Shown: positions 38,274-49,158, counted from the first letter of the whole stretch. The stretch: 63,269 nt of DNA, filler included, from Candidatus Sysuiplasma jiujiangense (GCA_019721075.1; 3 parts of 3 records of this genome joined end to end with filler, not necessarily neighbours in it), one strand, 5' to 3'. Notes: a model not told the origin generated them from the sequence alone. Program-made: numbers and translations.

Positions 38274-39296
38274 TCAGAACGCCTCCCCCCTCTTATCCGC
38301 TTCATCCCTGAGCTTACCGAGTTCAGCCGGCCTGAATATACCATATTCAGTAATGAAACCGGTCACAAATTCCGCGGGCGTTACATCAAAAACGGGATTC
38401 CTCGCGCTTTCGCCCGGGCCTGCAATGCTCCTGCCGTCAATCGCCGTGACCTCCTCGGGCGCTCTCTCCTCGATCCTGATGTCGTCGCCCGAAGATATGC
38501 CGAAATCGAATGTCGAAAGAGGCGCCGCGACGTAGAAGGGGACGCTGTTCGCGGCTGCGACCACAGCCTTCTCATACGTTCCTATCTTGTTTGCGAAATC
38601 GCCGTTCGAGGCTATTCTGTCAGCGCCGACGATTACGGCATCTACCTCTTTCCTCAGAAAATGACCTGCCGCATTGTCTGCAATTATTGCATGCGGTATG
38701 GACTCGTTTGTCAGTTCCCATGCCGTCAGCCTGCTTCCCTGGAGCCATGGCCTCGTTTCATCAACGTAGACAAAAATCCTCTTTCCCCCGTTGTGGGCGA
38801 AGCGCATCGGCGCAAGCGCAGTTCCGTAGTCGACCGTAGCGAGGGCGCCGGCATTGCAGTGCGTCAGGAGGACATCACCGTCGCTTATGACGCTGTTGCC
38901 GTTTACGCCGATACGCCTGCACCTGTCCACTATGCCGGACACGTACCTGTCTGCTGCTTCTGCCGGCCCGAGCTGAGGTCCCATTTCGAGCATCCACTGT
39001 ATCGCATAGAAGAGATCGTTTGCCGTCGGCCTTGTCGCCCTGAGTTTTCCCGCAGCTTCCTCCGGGTCCTCTTTCCTGAGCATTGCGGCTGCGAGTCCAT
39101 AGGCTGCCGCACACCCTATGGCCGGCGCCCCCCTGACAACCATATGCTTTATGGCAAACTCCACATCGGCCGTTTCCCTTGCCTCAAACAGTTCAAATTT
39201 TGACGGAAGCATTCTCTGGTCGATAAAAAATATTCTGCCGTCCCTGAACCAGAGTGCGGGCAAATTTCTTTCACTGCCCTCTGTTATGACCTTCAT
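38274..39296 (-). CDS. mtnA: Methylthioribose-1-phosphate isomerase
   Basis: VRGAPAIG, THCNAGALAT, ETRPWLQG, NKIGT. Confidence 0.93.
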   Translation of the reverse strand: MKVITEGSERNLPALWFRDGRIFFIDQRMLPSKFELFEARETADVEFAIKHMVVRGAPAIGCAAAYGLAAAMLRKEDPEEAAGKLRATRPTANDLFYAIQWMLEMGPQLGPAEAADRYVSGIVDRCRRIGVNGNSVISDGDVLLTHCNAGALATVDYGTALAPMRFAHNGGKRIFVYVDETRPWLQGSRLTAWELTNESIPHAIIADNAAGHFLRKEVDAVIVGADRIASNGDFANKIGTYEKAVVAAANSVPFYVAAPLSTFDFGISSGDDIRIEERAPEEVTAIDGRSIAGPGESARNPVFDVTPAEFVTGFITEYGIFRPAELGKLRDEADKRGEAF

Positions 39297-39323
39297 CCGT
39301 TCCGACCGCCCTGGATTTCAAAA

Positions 39324-39536
39324 TCAGAGCGACCTTAATATCTTTTTCAGGCCCGACGGAGCAATGGACCTCTTCATCGAGGATATGAGTGCCCTGTAGT
39401 GGCTCAGCTGCCTCCTGGCCTCCACGAGCGACATCTTCAGCTCCTGCTCTGTTTCCTCGAGGCGCAGCAGCTCCCTCCTCAGCTCGGCAATCTCGGCGAC
39501 AATGTGCGAGCCTGCCGAGGAATTTTCGGAATCCAT
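39324..39536 (-). CDS. Small coiled-coil protein
   Basis: 70 aa with heptad pattern; TAATG coupling. Confidence 0.7.
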   Translation of the reverse strand: MDSENSSAGSHIVAEIAELRRELLRLEETEQELKMSLVEARRQLSHYRALISSMKRSIAPSGLKKILRSL

Positions 39537-39760
39537 TATCTGACGCCTCCGAACCGCTGCAGATGCTTAATATCCTCCTGCTCGGGAACGGAATGTATCG
39601 AACTCAGCGTGAGTTCGAGCGATTTCAGCCTTCCCTTGAGAAGAGCCTTTTCCGAACGGAGTTCACGGAGCTGCGACTCGATGTCTGCCGCTGTCGCCTC
39701 CCACCTCTTCAGCTCCCTGAGCGCTCCAATAACGCTGTCCGAATTCAATTTCTGCCCCAA
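39536..39760 (-). CDS. Small coiled-coil protein
   Basis: 74 aa with heptad pattern; TTTTTATA box upstream. Confidence 0.7.
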   Translation of the reverse strand: MGQKLNSDSVIGALRELKRWEATAADIESQLRELRSEKALLKGRLKSLELTLSSIHSVPEQEDIKHLQRFGGVR

Positions 39761-39883
39761 CCCTGTTGCATATTACGGATATAAAAATTTAATGAACGAT
39801 TCATTCACCTTCGCAAATCAGCTCAGCCTTCCATCCGGGAGGCTTGCGAACTGCCCGGTGCTAGCTTTAAGAATGCGCTGAAT

Positions 39884-41005
39884 GTGGCCGAATACATGGC
39901 TTCGCTGGCAGGCATAGCGGATCTGCCGCTTCATTCCGGTAAGGCACCCGGCTGGCTGTTCCCCAGGATGAAGAGGCTCGGCGGCTCTCTGGCAGGCCTC
40001 CTGATAAGCGAGTTCGGACAGAAGGAGGCGCTCATGAGACTTTCCGATCCTTTCTGGTTTCAGGCACTTGCCTGCCTGCTCGGCTTTGACTGGCATTCAA
40101 GCGGGACAACAACAGTCACTCTCGCCGCACTGAAGGAAGGGATGGCAGAGAGCCATCTGCCCGTTCATATTTTCGGCGGAAAGGGGAAGGCGGCCACGGG
40201 CATACAGGAAGAGCTGACGGGACATGCGGACCCGTACGTCAGGGACAATTCTGAGTGGCTGGCCAGGATAAGCAGGACGGCCGCAAGGGTGGACACGCTT
40301 GCCCTGCAGGACGGTTTTGATCTCTATCACCATTCCCTGCTGTTTGATGAGAGGGGAAACTGGGCAGTGATTCAGCAGGGGCTGAATGGCGTTACGCGAT
40401 ACGCCAGGCGGTATCACTGGAATTCGGCTACAGCAGCTGACATGCTGCAGGAGCCTCATGATGCCATACTGGGAAGAGAGGCAGGGCCCACACTGGATCT
40501 GACTTCGGGCGTTTCCGCAGAGACCAGAAAGTCGATGATCGAAATGCTCAATTCCAGGAAGGCGGAATGGATTGAAAGGGTTATTCTGTCGAAAGGCAGG
40601 TCGCAGGCTGTGATTGACGATTTCACCGCATCCGGAGTGAAAATGATAAGGCTGGAATGGGGCAGCGACTGGAACCGGCTCAGAAAAAATTTCAACATGC
40701 TCCTGTCTGAATGCCCGCAGTCTTTCGGTGAGCTGGTTATGATGCCAGGCATTGGCAGAAAGACTGTAATGGCGATAGCGATGGCTGCGGCGCTTGTTTA
40801 CGGAACCGAGCCGTCATGGAAGGATCCTGTGAAGTATTCGTTTGCCGTCGGCGGAAAGGACGGCATACCGTATCCCGTCGATACGGGCAGGATGGAGGTT
40901 ATGTCGGAAATCATCGAAACGGCAGTCAGGGAATCGGAGGCGGGAAATGATTTCAGAAGGAATGCGTTAAGACGGCTTTCCGATTTCCTCTCCCCGCTGA
41001 TATGA
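39884..41005 (+). CDS. DUF763 family protein
   Basis: LPLHSGKAP, GFDWHSSG, GGKDGIPYPV. Confidence 0.9.
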   Translation: MAEYMASLAGIADLPLHSGKAPGWLFPRMKRLGGSLAGLLISEFGQKEALMRLSDPFWFQALACLLGFDWHSSGTTTVTLAALKEGMAESHLPVHIFGGKGKAATGIQEELTGHADPYVRDNSEWLARISRTAARVDTLALQDGFDLYHHSLLFDERGNWAVIQQGLNGVTRYARRYHWNSATAADMLQEPHDAILGREAGPTLDLTSGVSAETRKSMIEMLNSRKAEWIERVILSKGRSQAVIDDFTASGVKMIRLEWGSDWNRLRKNFNMLLSECPQSFGELVMMPGIGRKTVMAIAMAAALVYGTEPSWKDPVKYSFAVGGKDGIPYPVDTGRMEVMSEIIETAVRESEAGNDFRRNALRRLSDFLSPLI

Positions 41006-41184
41006 CCGGCGGCCCGAACAGCATGTCCTGAAATTCCACCGGGATGCCGGAGGCGGATCGTGCGGCACCCGGGTCTTCAGGACAGTGAAGCGCTCGCTTC
41101 CGGCCGGCTGCACCTCTCCGTGACAGGAGACAGGCGAGGAAAAGTTATTATGTGGAATGCGGGCAATCAACCCGCAGGGCGAAC

Positions 41185-43857
41185 ATGGACAGGAAGCAGT
41201 ACGATCTGGAATATTTCAGGGAAAACGGTTTCGCCAGAAGAAAGTGCCTGAACTGCGGCAGACATTTCTGGACTGCCGGTGATTCAAAATTCTGCGGAGA
41301 ACCTCCATGCGTTGAATACACATTCCTGGGCAATTCGCCGATGAAGAAAAACCTCGGCGTCAGGGAGATGAGGGAAGAATTTCTTTCATTCATGGAAAGG
41401 AACGGACATACCAGGATCAGGAGGTACCCGATAGTCGCAAGGTGGAGAAACGATGTTTTCTTTGTCCAGGCATCCATTTACAACTTCCAGCCATGGGTCA
41501 CAGGCGGCACTGTCAAACCTCCCGCAAACCCTCTCACGATGTCACAGCCGTGTGCAAGGTTTGTGGACATCGACAACGTGGGGAGGACCGGAAGGCATTT
41601 CACGCTGTTCGAGATGATGACGCACACATGCTTCAACACACCGGACAATTTTGTCTACTTCAAGGACAGGACGGTGGAACTCTGCAACGACTTTCTGGCA
41701 AAGGATCTCGGCGTGAGCAGGGATTTGATTATATTCAAGGAGGACGACTGGGAGGGCGGCGGCAATTCGGGCCCCTGCTTCGAGGTTCTCGTCGAAGGGA
41801 GCGAGGTTGCGACGCTCGTCTTCATGATGTACAGCGATTCGGGCGGAAAGAAGACGCCCATGGACATGACCGTTGTTGACACGGGCTACGGTCTGGAAAG
41901 GCTTGCATGGGTTTCCAGGGGGTCGCCGTCCGCCTACGAAGCGGTGTTCGGCACCATCCTGGAAGAGCTGAAGGAGGAACTGGGCATTGAAAGCGATGAC
42001 AGGCTGCTCTCCGAATACAGCAGGGTCGCGGGCCTGATGGACGCAAAGACGCCCGGTGCGATCAGGGAGACGAGGGAGAAGGTCGCAAGGAACATCGGCA
42101 TTTCAACGGAAGAGCTGCTCAGAAAAATAATCCCGCTTGAAAACCTGTATACTCTGCTCGACCACACACGGTCTCTCTGCCTGATGCTCAACGACGGCGT
42201 GATGCCGTCGAACGCCAAGGAAGGTTATTTCGCGAGGCTGCTGATGAGAAGAGGGATAAGGGCGCTTGCAAACCTGAACTCGGGGATGAAACTTGCTGAA
42301 ATTGTCGGCAGGCAGCTTGACTACTGGGGCGTGGACTTTCCGGAACTGAAGGAGGACGCCGGCGACATAATGAAGCTCGTCGAGGTTGAGGAACGGAAAT
42401 ATCAGGATACGCTGAAGAGGGGAAAGTCCGTTGTATCGCGGCTGGAAGAGTCGAACGGCGGAAAGGGCATAAGCCTGGAAAATCTCATTGAGCTCTACGA
42501 GTCGCACGGACTGAGCCCCGAACAGGTCGCCGAATTCGCCTCTTCGAAGGTGGAGATACCGGACGATTTCTATGCGCGCATGGCTTCCAGGCGCATTACC
42601 GTAGCCGAAGAGAAGAAGACGGATGACGGTGTGAAACTCCCCCCGCTGCCGCCGACAGTCAAGGCCTACTACGAGTCGCAGTACGTGACGGAGTTCGAAG
42701 CAACTGTCCTCTACTGCGACGACAGCTTCATCGTGCTGGACAGGACATACTTCTATCCCGAGGGAGGCGGCCAGGATCCGGACACAGGTTACATAGAGAA
42801 GAGAAGGATAACAGACGTCCAGCTGACGGGCAGCCTCATCGTGCACCGTTACGAGGGACGCAGACTTGAGGCTGGATCGAAGGCAAGGTGCAGTGTCGAC
42901 AGGGAGAGAAGAATGAATCTTATGCGGCACCACACTGCGACGCATGTCCTGATAGCTGGCGCGAGAAAGGTCCTGGGTAACCACGTCTGGCAGGCAGGTG
43001 CGCACAAACAGAGCGATTTGTCCAGGCTCGACATAACACACTACGAACAGCTGACGCCCGCGGAGATTTCAGCTCTCGAGGAAACTGTCAACAGCGTGAT
43101 CTTTGAAAACAGGAATATCACCGTGGAGGTCATGGACAGGATTGAGGCGGAGAGCCGCTACGGCTTCCGCCTGTACCAGGGAGGAGTGGTGCCCGGAAAG
43201 GACATAAGGGTCGTGACAATCGAAGGATGGGATGTCGAAGCCTGCGCCGGCACACACTGCGAGAGGACCGGCGAAATCGGCACCTTCAAGATACTGCAGA
43301 CCGCGAGAATACAGGACGGCGTCGTCAGAATAGAGTTCGTGGCAGGCATGCCCGCGCTGCATGTAATGCAGCAGCGATCCAGGCAGATAGAGCTGCTCAG
43401 GGAGGAGCTGAATGCGGACGAAGATCACCTTGTTGACGCCACAAGGCGGCTCTCTTCCAAGCTCAGGGAGATTGAAAGGAAGATGGAGAAGACGGAGGGC
43501 ACCGCTCTTGCTGAACTCCGCGACAGGCTGAGGGAAAACAGCATCACGGTCGGCGAAACCAGGTTAATCCTCCACCTCACTGACGCCGGGATGGAGCAGA
43601 TGCAGCCGCTCATGAGGCTGCTGTCGGAGGAGGAAAAGACGCTTGCGCTGATTGTTGTGAAGGGCAAACCTGACAGGCTGCTGATAGGCAGGGGACCCGG
43701 CTGTTCCGTCGACTGCTCAGTCCTTATGGCTGAAATAGGAAGGGAGTTCGGCGGAAAGGGCGGAGGGAAGGCCGATTTTGCACAGGGCACGGCGGGCACG
43801 ATAAACAGTGCCGGAGAGAAGGCGTTTCTCGACTTCCTGAAAAGGAAACTGAAATGA
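41185..43857 (+). CDS. alaS: Alanine--tRNA ligase (archaeal type)
   Basis: N-terminal Zn motif, GRTGRHFTLFEM, DTGYGLER, HTATH, CAGTH, GGGK. Confidence 0.97.
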   Translation: MDRKQYDLEYFRENGFARRKCLNCGRHFWTAGDSKFCGEPPCVEYTFLGNSPMKKNLGVREMREEFLSFMERNGHTRIRRYPIVARWRNDVFFVQASIYNFQPWVTGGTVKPPANPLTMSQPCARFVDIDNVGRTGRHFTLFEMMTHTCFNTPDNFVYFKDRTVELCNDFLAKDLGVSRDLIIFKEDDWEGGGNSGPCFEVLVEGSEVATLVFMMYSDSGGKKTPMDMTVVDTGYGLERLAWVSRGSPSAYEAVFGTILEELKEELGIESDDRLLSEYSRVAGLMDAKTPGAIRETREKVARNIGISTEELLRKIIPLENLYTLLDHTRSLCLMLNDGVMPSNAKEGYFARLLMRRGIRALANLNSGMKLAEIVGRQLDYWGVDFPELKEDAGDIMKLVEVEERKYQDTLKRGKSVVSRLEESNGGKGISLENLIELYESHGLSPEQVAEFASSKVEIPDDFYARMASRRITVAEEKKTDDGVKLPPLPPTVKAYYESQYVTEFEATVLYCDDSFIVLDRTYFYPEGGGQDPDTGYIEKRRITDVQLTGSLIVHRYEGRRLEAGSKARCSVDRERRMNLMRHHTATHVLIAGARKVLGNHVWQAGAHKQSDLSRLDITHYEQLTPAEISALEETVNSVIFENRNITVEVMDRIEAESRYGFRLYQGGVVPGKDIRVVTIEGWDVEACAGTHCERTGEIGTFKILQTARIQDGVVRIEFVAGMPALHVMQQRSRQIELLREELNADEDHLVDATRRLSSKLREIERKMEKTEGTALAELRDRLRENSITVGETRLILHLTDAGMEQMQPLMRLLSEEEKTLALIVVKGKPDRLLIGRGPGCSVDCSVLMAEIGREFGGKGGGKADFAQGTAGTINSAGEKAFLDFLKRKLK

Positions 43858-43870
43858 CATCCCGGCGCAG

Positions 43871-44209
43871 TCAGCCTTCCAGCAACCAGTACTCGTTGCC
43901 GTAGGGATCGCTGAACATCGCAAATGTACCGAAACCCTGATCCGAAGGCTCCTTTGTGAATCTGACGCCCCTGGACTTGAGCTCCCGGTATGTGCTCTCG
44001 ACATTGTCCGCCACAAGACCTATGCCCGTATTGCCGGGTTCGGCCGCTCCCTCGCACAGATGGATTGTCGTTTCGGATCCATGCGGCCCGGCGGTTATCC
44101 AGTGTTCTTCCTCGTCATGCACTTCGAATCCCAGCTTCTCGCTGTACCATTTTGCCGCGGCCTTTCCGTCGGGAACCATCACGGCAACATCGAGTATTTT
44201 CTTTATCAT
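43871..44209 (-). CDS. VOC/glyoxalase family protein
   Basis: WYSEKLGF, FSDPYGN. Confidence 0.85.
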   Translation of the reverse strand: MIKKILDVAVMVPDGKAAAKWYSEKLGFEVHDEEEHWITAGPHGSETTIHLCEGAAEPGNTGIGLVADNVESTYRELKSRGVRFTKEPSDQGFGTFAMFSDPYGNEYWLLEG

Positions 44210-44303
44210 TCGGGTACTCCCGTTCCACGAAACTTACCCATTTATCCCGTGGGATATGGCGTTCATTTCCTGAATCACAGGCGGGCACTGAGCACACGGC
44301 TCT

Positions 44304-44359
44304 GTAACCTCCCGCCTCAAACAGGCGTTTAAACTCTCCGCCGAACTGGCGGCGAGCCC
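44304..44359 (-). mobile_element. Possible IS200/IS605 right end at the contig edge
   Basis: Minus strand CGCCTGTTTGAGGCG hairpin then GGAGGTTAC, preceded by a UUCG-loop hairpin; abuts the gap. Confidence 0.35.
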
Positions 44360-44459
44360 NNNNNNNNNNNNNNNNNNNNNNNNNNNNNNNNNNNNNNNNN
44401 NNNTTAATTAATTAANNNNNNNNNNNNNNNNNNNNNNNNNNNNNNNNNNNNNNNNNNNN
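44360..44459. other. Artificial contig linker
   Basis: N-run with central TTAATTAATTAA. Confidence 0.98.
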
Positions 44460-44810
44460 GTAGCTCTGGAGCATCAGCGCCTTCGCAAGGTCGCATGCAG
44501 GCACCTGCGGCCTTCCCGGACCCGTCTTCACTTCCGGCGGGCGTTCAGCAATTCTCGCGCATGCCTCATCCACGATATCCCTGATGGAATTGAGCATGTC
44601 CGCGAGTTCGTTGATCTGTGCCTCGTCATATGTGGCCCAGTCCACAGACTTCTTCGGCCTCGCTCCATACGCGAATGTGCCGTTCCTGACCGAGGATGCC
44701 ACCTCCCTCAGTTCCTTCGACCGGAGGTGTCTCCCTTTCCTGATGCTGCTGTCTTCACTCAATGAACGGGTAATGTACAAAGGCCTTTTTCTGCTTTGCG
44801 AACGATTCAT
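44460..44810 (-). mobile_element. Transposase N-terminal fragment truncated by the contig edge
   Basis: DWATYDEAQINE...GPGRP...DLAKALMLQSY resembles archaeal DDE transposase N-termini. Confidence 0.6.
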
Positions 44811-44962
44811 TCACAAACGTTAAATTTTTCGAGTGCATACGTGTGCCCATAGACGCCTGTGCGGCCGGCCTGTTTCCGGGCTTCGGAGGATTTTTGTCCC
44901 AAAGCCAGCCCTGTCATAAAATCTAAATAACCACTGCCGATATCATACGCGAAGGGATTGGA

Positions 44963-45337
44963 GTGGCCATTCTGAAAAAGAAGGAATATGGCAAGGGTGA
45001 CGGTTCACCCGTGGAAACTGCTGAATTCATTGATCTTACCCAGATGGGTTTCGAGGGAGAAGGGCAGGTCGGCGCAAAGACGCTAATCAAGGTTGCAGAG
45101 ATCTACAGATATGAGGATCTGGGCAAACTGACGGCAAATGTCTTCAACGGCCACATACTCATACTGGATTACACCGCACTGTCAGGCGATCAGCTCGCCA
45201 TGAAACGGATTACGAATGATCTGAAGCTTGTGGCCAGGGATGTGGGCGGGGATGTCGCGGGACTGGGAAAAAGCTACTTCATAGTAACACCGTCTGGAAT
45301 CAAGGTTGACAGGAACAAGATAAAGGGCGGATTCTGA
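44963..45337 (+). CDS. sepF: Cell division protein SepF
   Basis: FIDL, IKVAEI, GHILILD, GGDVAG, IVTPSGIKV. Confidence 0.88.
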   Translation: MAILKKKEYGKGDGSPVETAEFIDLTQMGFEGEGQVGAKTLIKVAEIYRYEDLGKLTANVFNGHILILDYTALSGDQLAMKRITNDLKLVARDVGGDVAGLGKSYFIVTPSGIKVDRNKIKGGF

Positions 45338-45339
45338 CA

Positions 45340-46119
45340 TCATTCCGAAATGGGCGGGGTGGCCGAAAACACGCCGTCCTTGAATATGAGTGTCAGATAG
45401 CCGTGTTCAACCTTTGAATGCCTCAGTTTGAGGCACCTGATTCTGAGCTGATAGTCTGCCTCCCCCACCTGGTGGAATCTCAGCGTGATTGTTCCGTCCG
45501 CCAGGAAATCTTCGCCGTAGGCCGATATCTCCTCGCTTCCCGGCTTGAGCTCCGAAATGACAAACGAGGTTATTCCCATTTTCCTCAGGAAACCGAAAAA
45601 ATGAAATAACTCCTGCCTCGGGTTCTGAACGCTCTTCAGTGAGAAGACGGCATTGAGCGAATCAATGACAAGTATGTCCACACCGGAGGTCTCAATCCTC
45701 TTTTCTATGTATTCCTCGAGTATCTTGAACCAGTCACGCCCGCTGTCCGCATCGGCATGCTCGAGCCTCAGTGTTGCGATATCCGAAATTAGCAGCTTCG
45801 AGTCGTCCACGGGCCAGAAACCCAGCGACTGCATGGTCTCCATGAGACTCTGTTTCGTCTCCTCGAGCGATATGTAAAGGCACTTCAGCCCCAGCCTTCT
45901 GGAATTGTTCCAGAGCATATTCATGGAAATGGACGATTTCATCGTACCGGGCGCGCCGAAAAGAAGGACTATCTGCCCTTTCCTGATGCCTCCGTCTATC
46001 CTGTCGTCAAATCCCTCGATAAATGTCCTGACCCTCTGAACCTGCAAAGTTCTCGATTCCACTTTTACCCTGCCGATCTCTCCGTATGCCGATTTAAAGC
46101 TGATGGCATGAATATCCAT
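45340..46119 (-). CDS. KaiC/RAD55-family ATPase
   Basis: GAPGTMKS, YISLEE, VIDSL, KLR. Confidence 0.9.
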   Translation of the reverse strand: MDIHAISFKSAYGEIGRVKVESRTLQVQRVRTFIEGFDDRIDGGIRKGQIVLLFGAPGTMKSSISMNMLWNNSRRLGLKCLYISLEETKQSLMETMQSLGFWPVDDSKLLISDIATLRLEHADADSGRDWFKILEEYIEKRIETSGVDILVIDSLNAVFSLKSVQNPRQELFHFFGFLRKMGITSFVISELKPGSEEISAYGEDFLADGTITLRFHQVGEADYQLRIRCLKLRHSKVEHGYLTLIFKDGVFSATPPISE

Positions 46120-46331
46120 GCCTTCAACTCACTCAACTCACGATAGAGGTATGGCATCTGTATTCATTCCGCTCACTTCCGCATTCAGGTCCGCATCCAG
46201 GTCACCGCTGAAGGGATACATGCTGCCAGGCGCCTTATTCGCATCATTATTCGCATCACTGTCTTCCGGTTACGGGAATGTCTGAAGGATTTTGTCGCTT
46301 TTCATATACCTCCAGTTGCATTGTGCAAAAT

Positions 46332-47606
46332 ATGGCCCGAAGAAGCTACACAGTGGTTCACGACGGTGTCCATGGCAGCGTAAGGCTTGACGGCAATTTT
46401 TCAAGCATACTCGATTCGCCCGAAATGCAGAGGATGGCCCAGATACACCAGCTCGGCCTGGCCAACCTTGTTTTTCCCGGGGCAAACCATACGAGGCTTG
46501 AGCACATGATAGGGACGTACCACCTTGCCTCGAGGTTCGCCGGTGCACTTGAAATAAGGGGCCGGGAGAGGGATCTCCTGCTCACATCCGCCCTCGTCCA
46601 CGATGTAGGCCATCCGCCATTTTCTCACACATTCGAATACATACTGCAGCAGAGACTAGGCATAAACCACATGGAGCAGACTGCCAGAATAATAAGGGGT
46701 GAAACAAGCACTGTGCCCGCCACGGACATGCATATTCTGGCCAAGGGCGATCTCCTGCCACGCATTATCGAGAGCATCGGTCTCGATACGCGGGAGGTCG
46801 CGGAACTCGTCATGAATGAGGAGGGGGTAACCGGTCTGCCGCATTATCTCACATCCCTGATTCACGGTCCCGTCGACGTTGACCAGCTGGATTACCTGAT
46901 GCGCGACTCACATTATACCGGTGTAGGGCAGGGGAGGGTGGACGCGGACCGCATTGTCGAGACTTCGGAAATCGTCGGAAACAGCATGGCCGTCGAGAGG
47001 AGAGGGGTTTCCGCAGTCGAAGGGCTCATTGTTTCGCGCATACTGATGAACAGCGCAGTTTATTTCCACAAGACAGTCCGCATCGCCGAGATGATGCTTA
47101 CAAAGGCCGTATCAATGCTCGACAGGGATGTATTTCCGGAAGTGTTCATGGATACGGATGCGTCGCTCTCGGGCAGACTCAGCGAACATGGCGGATATCA
47201 GCAGGAGATAGCGCTGAGACTCAAATACAGGAAGCTCTTCAAGACGGCGCTTCTCATAAGCCTGGACAGAATGGGAGATGAGGAGAGGAGGAAGCTCGCC
47301 TCTCTGTCGCGGAAGGGGAAGCTGTTCAAACTCGAGGATGAAATATCCGCCGGGGCCGGAGGGGAGCAGGGGAGCGTCATACTGGATGCCGCCCCCGTCG
47401 AATTCCTTACCGGAAGGGGGAGGAAGGGAAAGACGGAGGTGCCGATACTCGACGATGACGGAAAGGTCAGGAAACTGACCTCGCTCAGCACAATTGCGAG
47501 GGCCGTCCAGAAGCATCCGCAGCAGGACTGGGGCCTGCTGGTTGCATGCGATCCGTCCATCAGGACAAAAGCTTCAAGGATTTCGAGGGAAATAATATTC
47601 GGCTGA
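46332..47606 (+). CDS. HD-domain phosphohydrolase (dNTPase-like)
   Basis: HTRLEH, HDVGHPPFSH, DVDQLDYLMRD, VYFHK. Confidence 0.92.
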   Translation: MARRSYTVVHDGVHGSVRLDGNFSSILDSPEMQRMAQIHQLGLANLVFPGANHTRLEHMIGTYHLASRFAGALEIRGRERDLLLTSALVHDVGHPPFSHTFEYILQQRLGINHMEQTARIIRGETSTVPATDMHILAKGDLLPRIIESIGLDTREVAELVMNEEGVTGLPHYLTSLIHGPVDVDQLDYLMRDSHYTGVGQGRVDADRIVETSEIVGNSMAVERRGVSAVEGLIVSRILMNSAVYFHKTVRIAEMMLTKAVSMLDRDVFPEVFMDTDASLSGRLSEHGGYQQEIALRLKYRKLFKTALLISLDRMGDEERRKLASLSRKGKLFKLEDEISAGAGGEQGSVILDAAPVEFLTGRGRKGKTEVPILDDDGKVRKLTSLSTIARAVQKHPQQDWGLLVACDPSIRTKASRISREIIFG

Positions 47607-47635
47607 GGAAGACTGTCCTGCTGCGCTCTATCTGC

Positions 47636-49090
47636 TCATCCCTTCATCACGCCGACGGGGACGACCCTTGCTACAATCCTGGAGAGGCCTGCCGCCTGCG
47701 TAATCCTCACGACGTCATCAATATTCTTGTAAACGCCCGGCGCCTCCTCGAGTATACCTTCCACAGTTGCGGATTTGAGGTAGATGCCGCTGTCGCTCAT
47801 TTTCTTCCGCACGTCCCTTTCGCTGTACATTCTGGTAGCAGCCTTTCTGGACAGAACACGTCCGGCGCCATGACATGTGGAACCGAAGCTCTCCCTCACG
47901 GAGCCTTCTGCGCCGACGAGAAGATAACTTGCGGTGCCCATATCCCCCGGAATAATCACCGGTTGCCCGACACTGGAATACCGGGACGGAACGAGAGGAT
48001 GGCCGGCCGGAAGCGCCCGGGTAGCACCCTTCCTGTGAATGTATGCCCTGACCCTCTTTCCTTCCACTTCGTACTCTTCTATCTTGGCTATGTTGTGGGC
48101 AACATCATATATGAGATGCATCCCGAGATTCTCGGGCGTCGAAGAAAGCACTTTCGAGAATGCCTCCCGGATCCTGTGGAGTATGAGCTGCCTGTTGGCC
48201 CAGCCGAAATTGGCTGCCGCTGCCATTGCGGCAAAATAATCGCCTCCCTCCCTGGATTTGATGGGGGCGCATGAGAGCTGCCTGTCGGGAAGCGTGAAGC
48301 CGTAACCGGCGGAGTTTTCCTCCATGATTTTGAGGTAGTCCGTCGCTACCTGATGCCCGAGGCCCCTTGAACCCGAATGGACGGTGACCACCACCTGCCC
48401 GGGCCCCGTGATTCCGAAACTCCTGGCAGCACTGTCGTCAAATATCTTTTCAACCCTGTCAATCTCAAGAAAATGGTTTCCCGAACCCAGCGTTCCGATC
48501 TGTGTCCTGCCCCTCTGTTTGGCCTTTGTGCTGACTTTGGATGAGTCGGCTGCAGCATAAAGGCCGTTTTCCTCCGTAACATCCAGATCCTCCTTCCATC
48601 CGTATCCGTTCTCGACAGCCCAGTGCGCCCCTCCCTCAAGTACGCGGTCGATCTCGCTGCCCTTCGCGTTCACCTTCCCCTCGGATCCGACGCCGCAGGG
48701 AACGAGCCTGAACAGCAGGTCCACGATCTCCCTGACCCTGTCCTTTATGTCGCTGTACTGAAGATCCGTTCTGACCATCCGGACACCGCAGTTTATATCG
48801 AAACCCAGACCGCCGGGCGATATCACTCCCTCGTCGGCATCTTCTGCTATTATCCCACCTATGGGAAAACCGTAGCCCCAATGTATGTCTGGCATAGCCA
48901 GCGCTTTGCCGACAATGCCAGGCATCATGGCGATGTTGGCCGCCTGCTCGAGCGCGTTGTCCTGCTTTATCGACTCGATCATCCTGTCATCAGAGTAGAC
49001 GACGGTGGATGTCCTCATCCCCTGCTTGTAGTTCCTGGGTATTTCGAACCTGTAGTCATCAATTCTGTTAAGTACGCCGCTCCATGCCAA
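47636..49090 (-). CDS. rtcB: tRNA-splicing ligase RtcB
   Basis: MPDIHWGYG, DINCG, GSGNHF, HNIAK, HGAGR. Confidence 0.97.
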   Translation of the reverse strand: MAWSGVLNRIDDYRFEIPRNYKQGMRTSTVVYSDDRMIESIKQDNALEQAANIAMMPGIVGKALAMPDIHWGYGFPIGGIIAEDADEGVISPGGLGFDINCGVRMVRTDLQYSDIKDRVREIVDLLFRLVPCGVGSEGKVNAKGSEIDRVLEGGAHWAVENGYGWKEDLDVTEENGLYAAADSSKVSTKAKQRGRTQIGTLGSGNHFLEIDRVEKIFDDSAARSFGITGPGQVVVTVHSGSRGLGHQVATDYLKIMEENSAGYGFTLPDRQLSCAPIKSREGGDYFAAMAAAANFGWANRQLILHRIREAFSKVLSSTPENLGMHLIYDVAHNIAKIEEYEVEGKRVRAYIHRKGATRALPAGHPLVPSRYSSVGQPVIIPGDMGTASYLLVGAEGSVRESFGSTCHGAGRVLSRKAATRMYSERDVRKKMSDSGIYLKSATVEGILEEAPGVYKNIDDVVRITQAAGLSRIVARVVPVGVMKG

Positions 49091-49158
49091 TTCGGAAACA
49101 CCCGTCTGTTTCCATTTTGAAGGTGCTTATTAAATCTTCTGTGCCGCCGGCGCCTGTT

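Noticed and set aside
41028..41081. GC-rich hairpin upstream of alaS as an ncRNA
   Set aside because: A single stem-loop with no recognisable tRNA, SRP or box C/D features; could be a terminator or small repeat.
46332..49090. HD dNTPase plus RtcB as a defence or repair island
   Set aside because: Both are ordinary archaeal housekeeping genes, convergently oriented, in a core-gene context.
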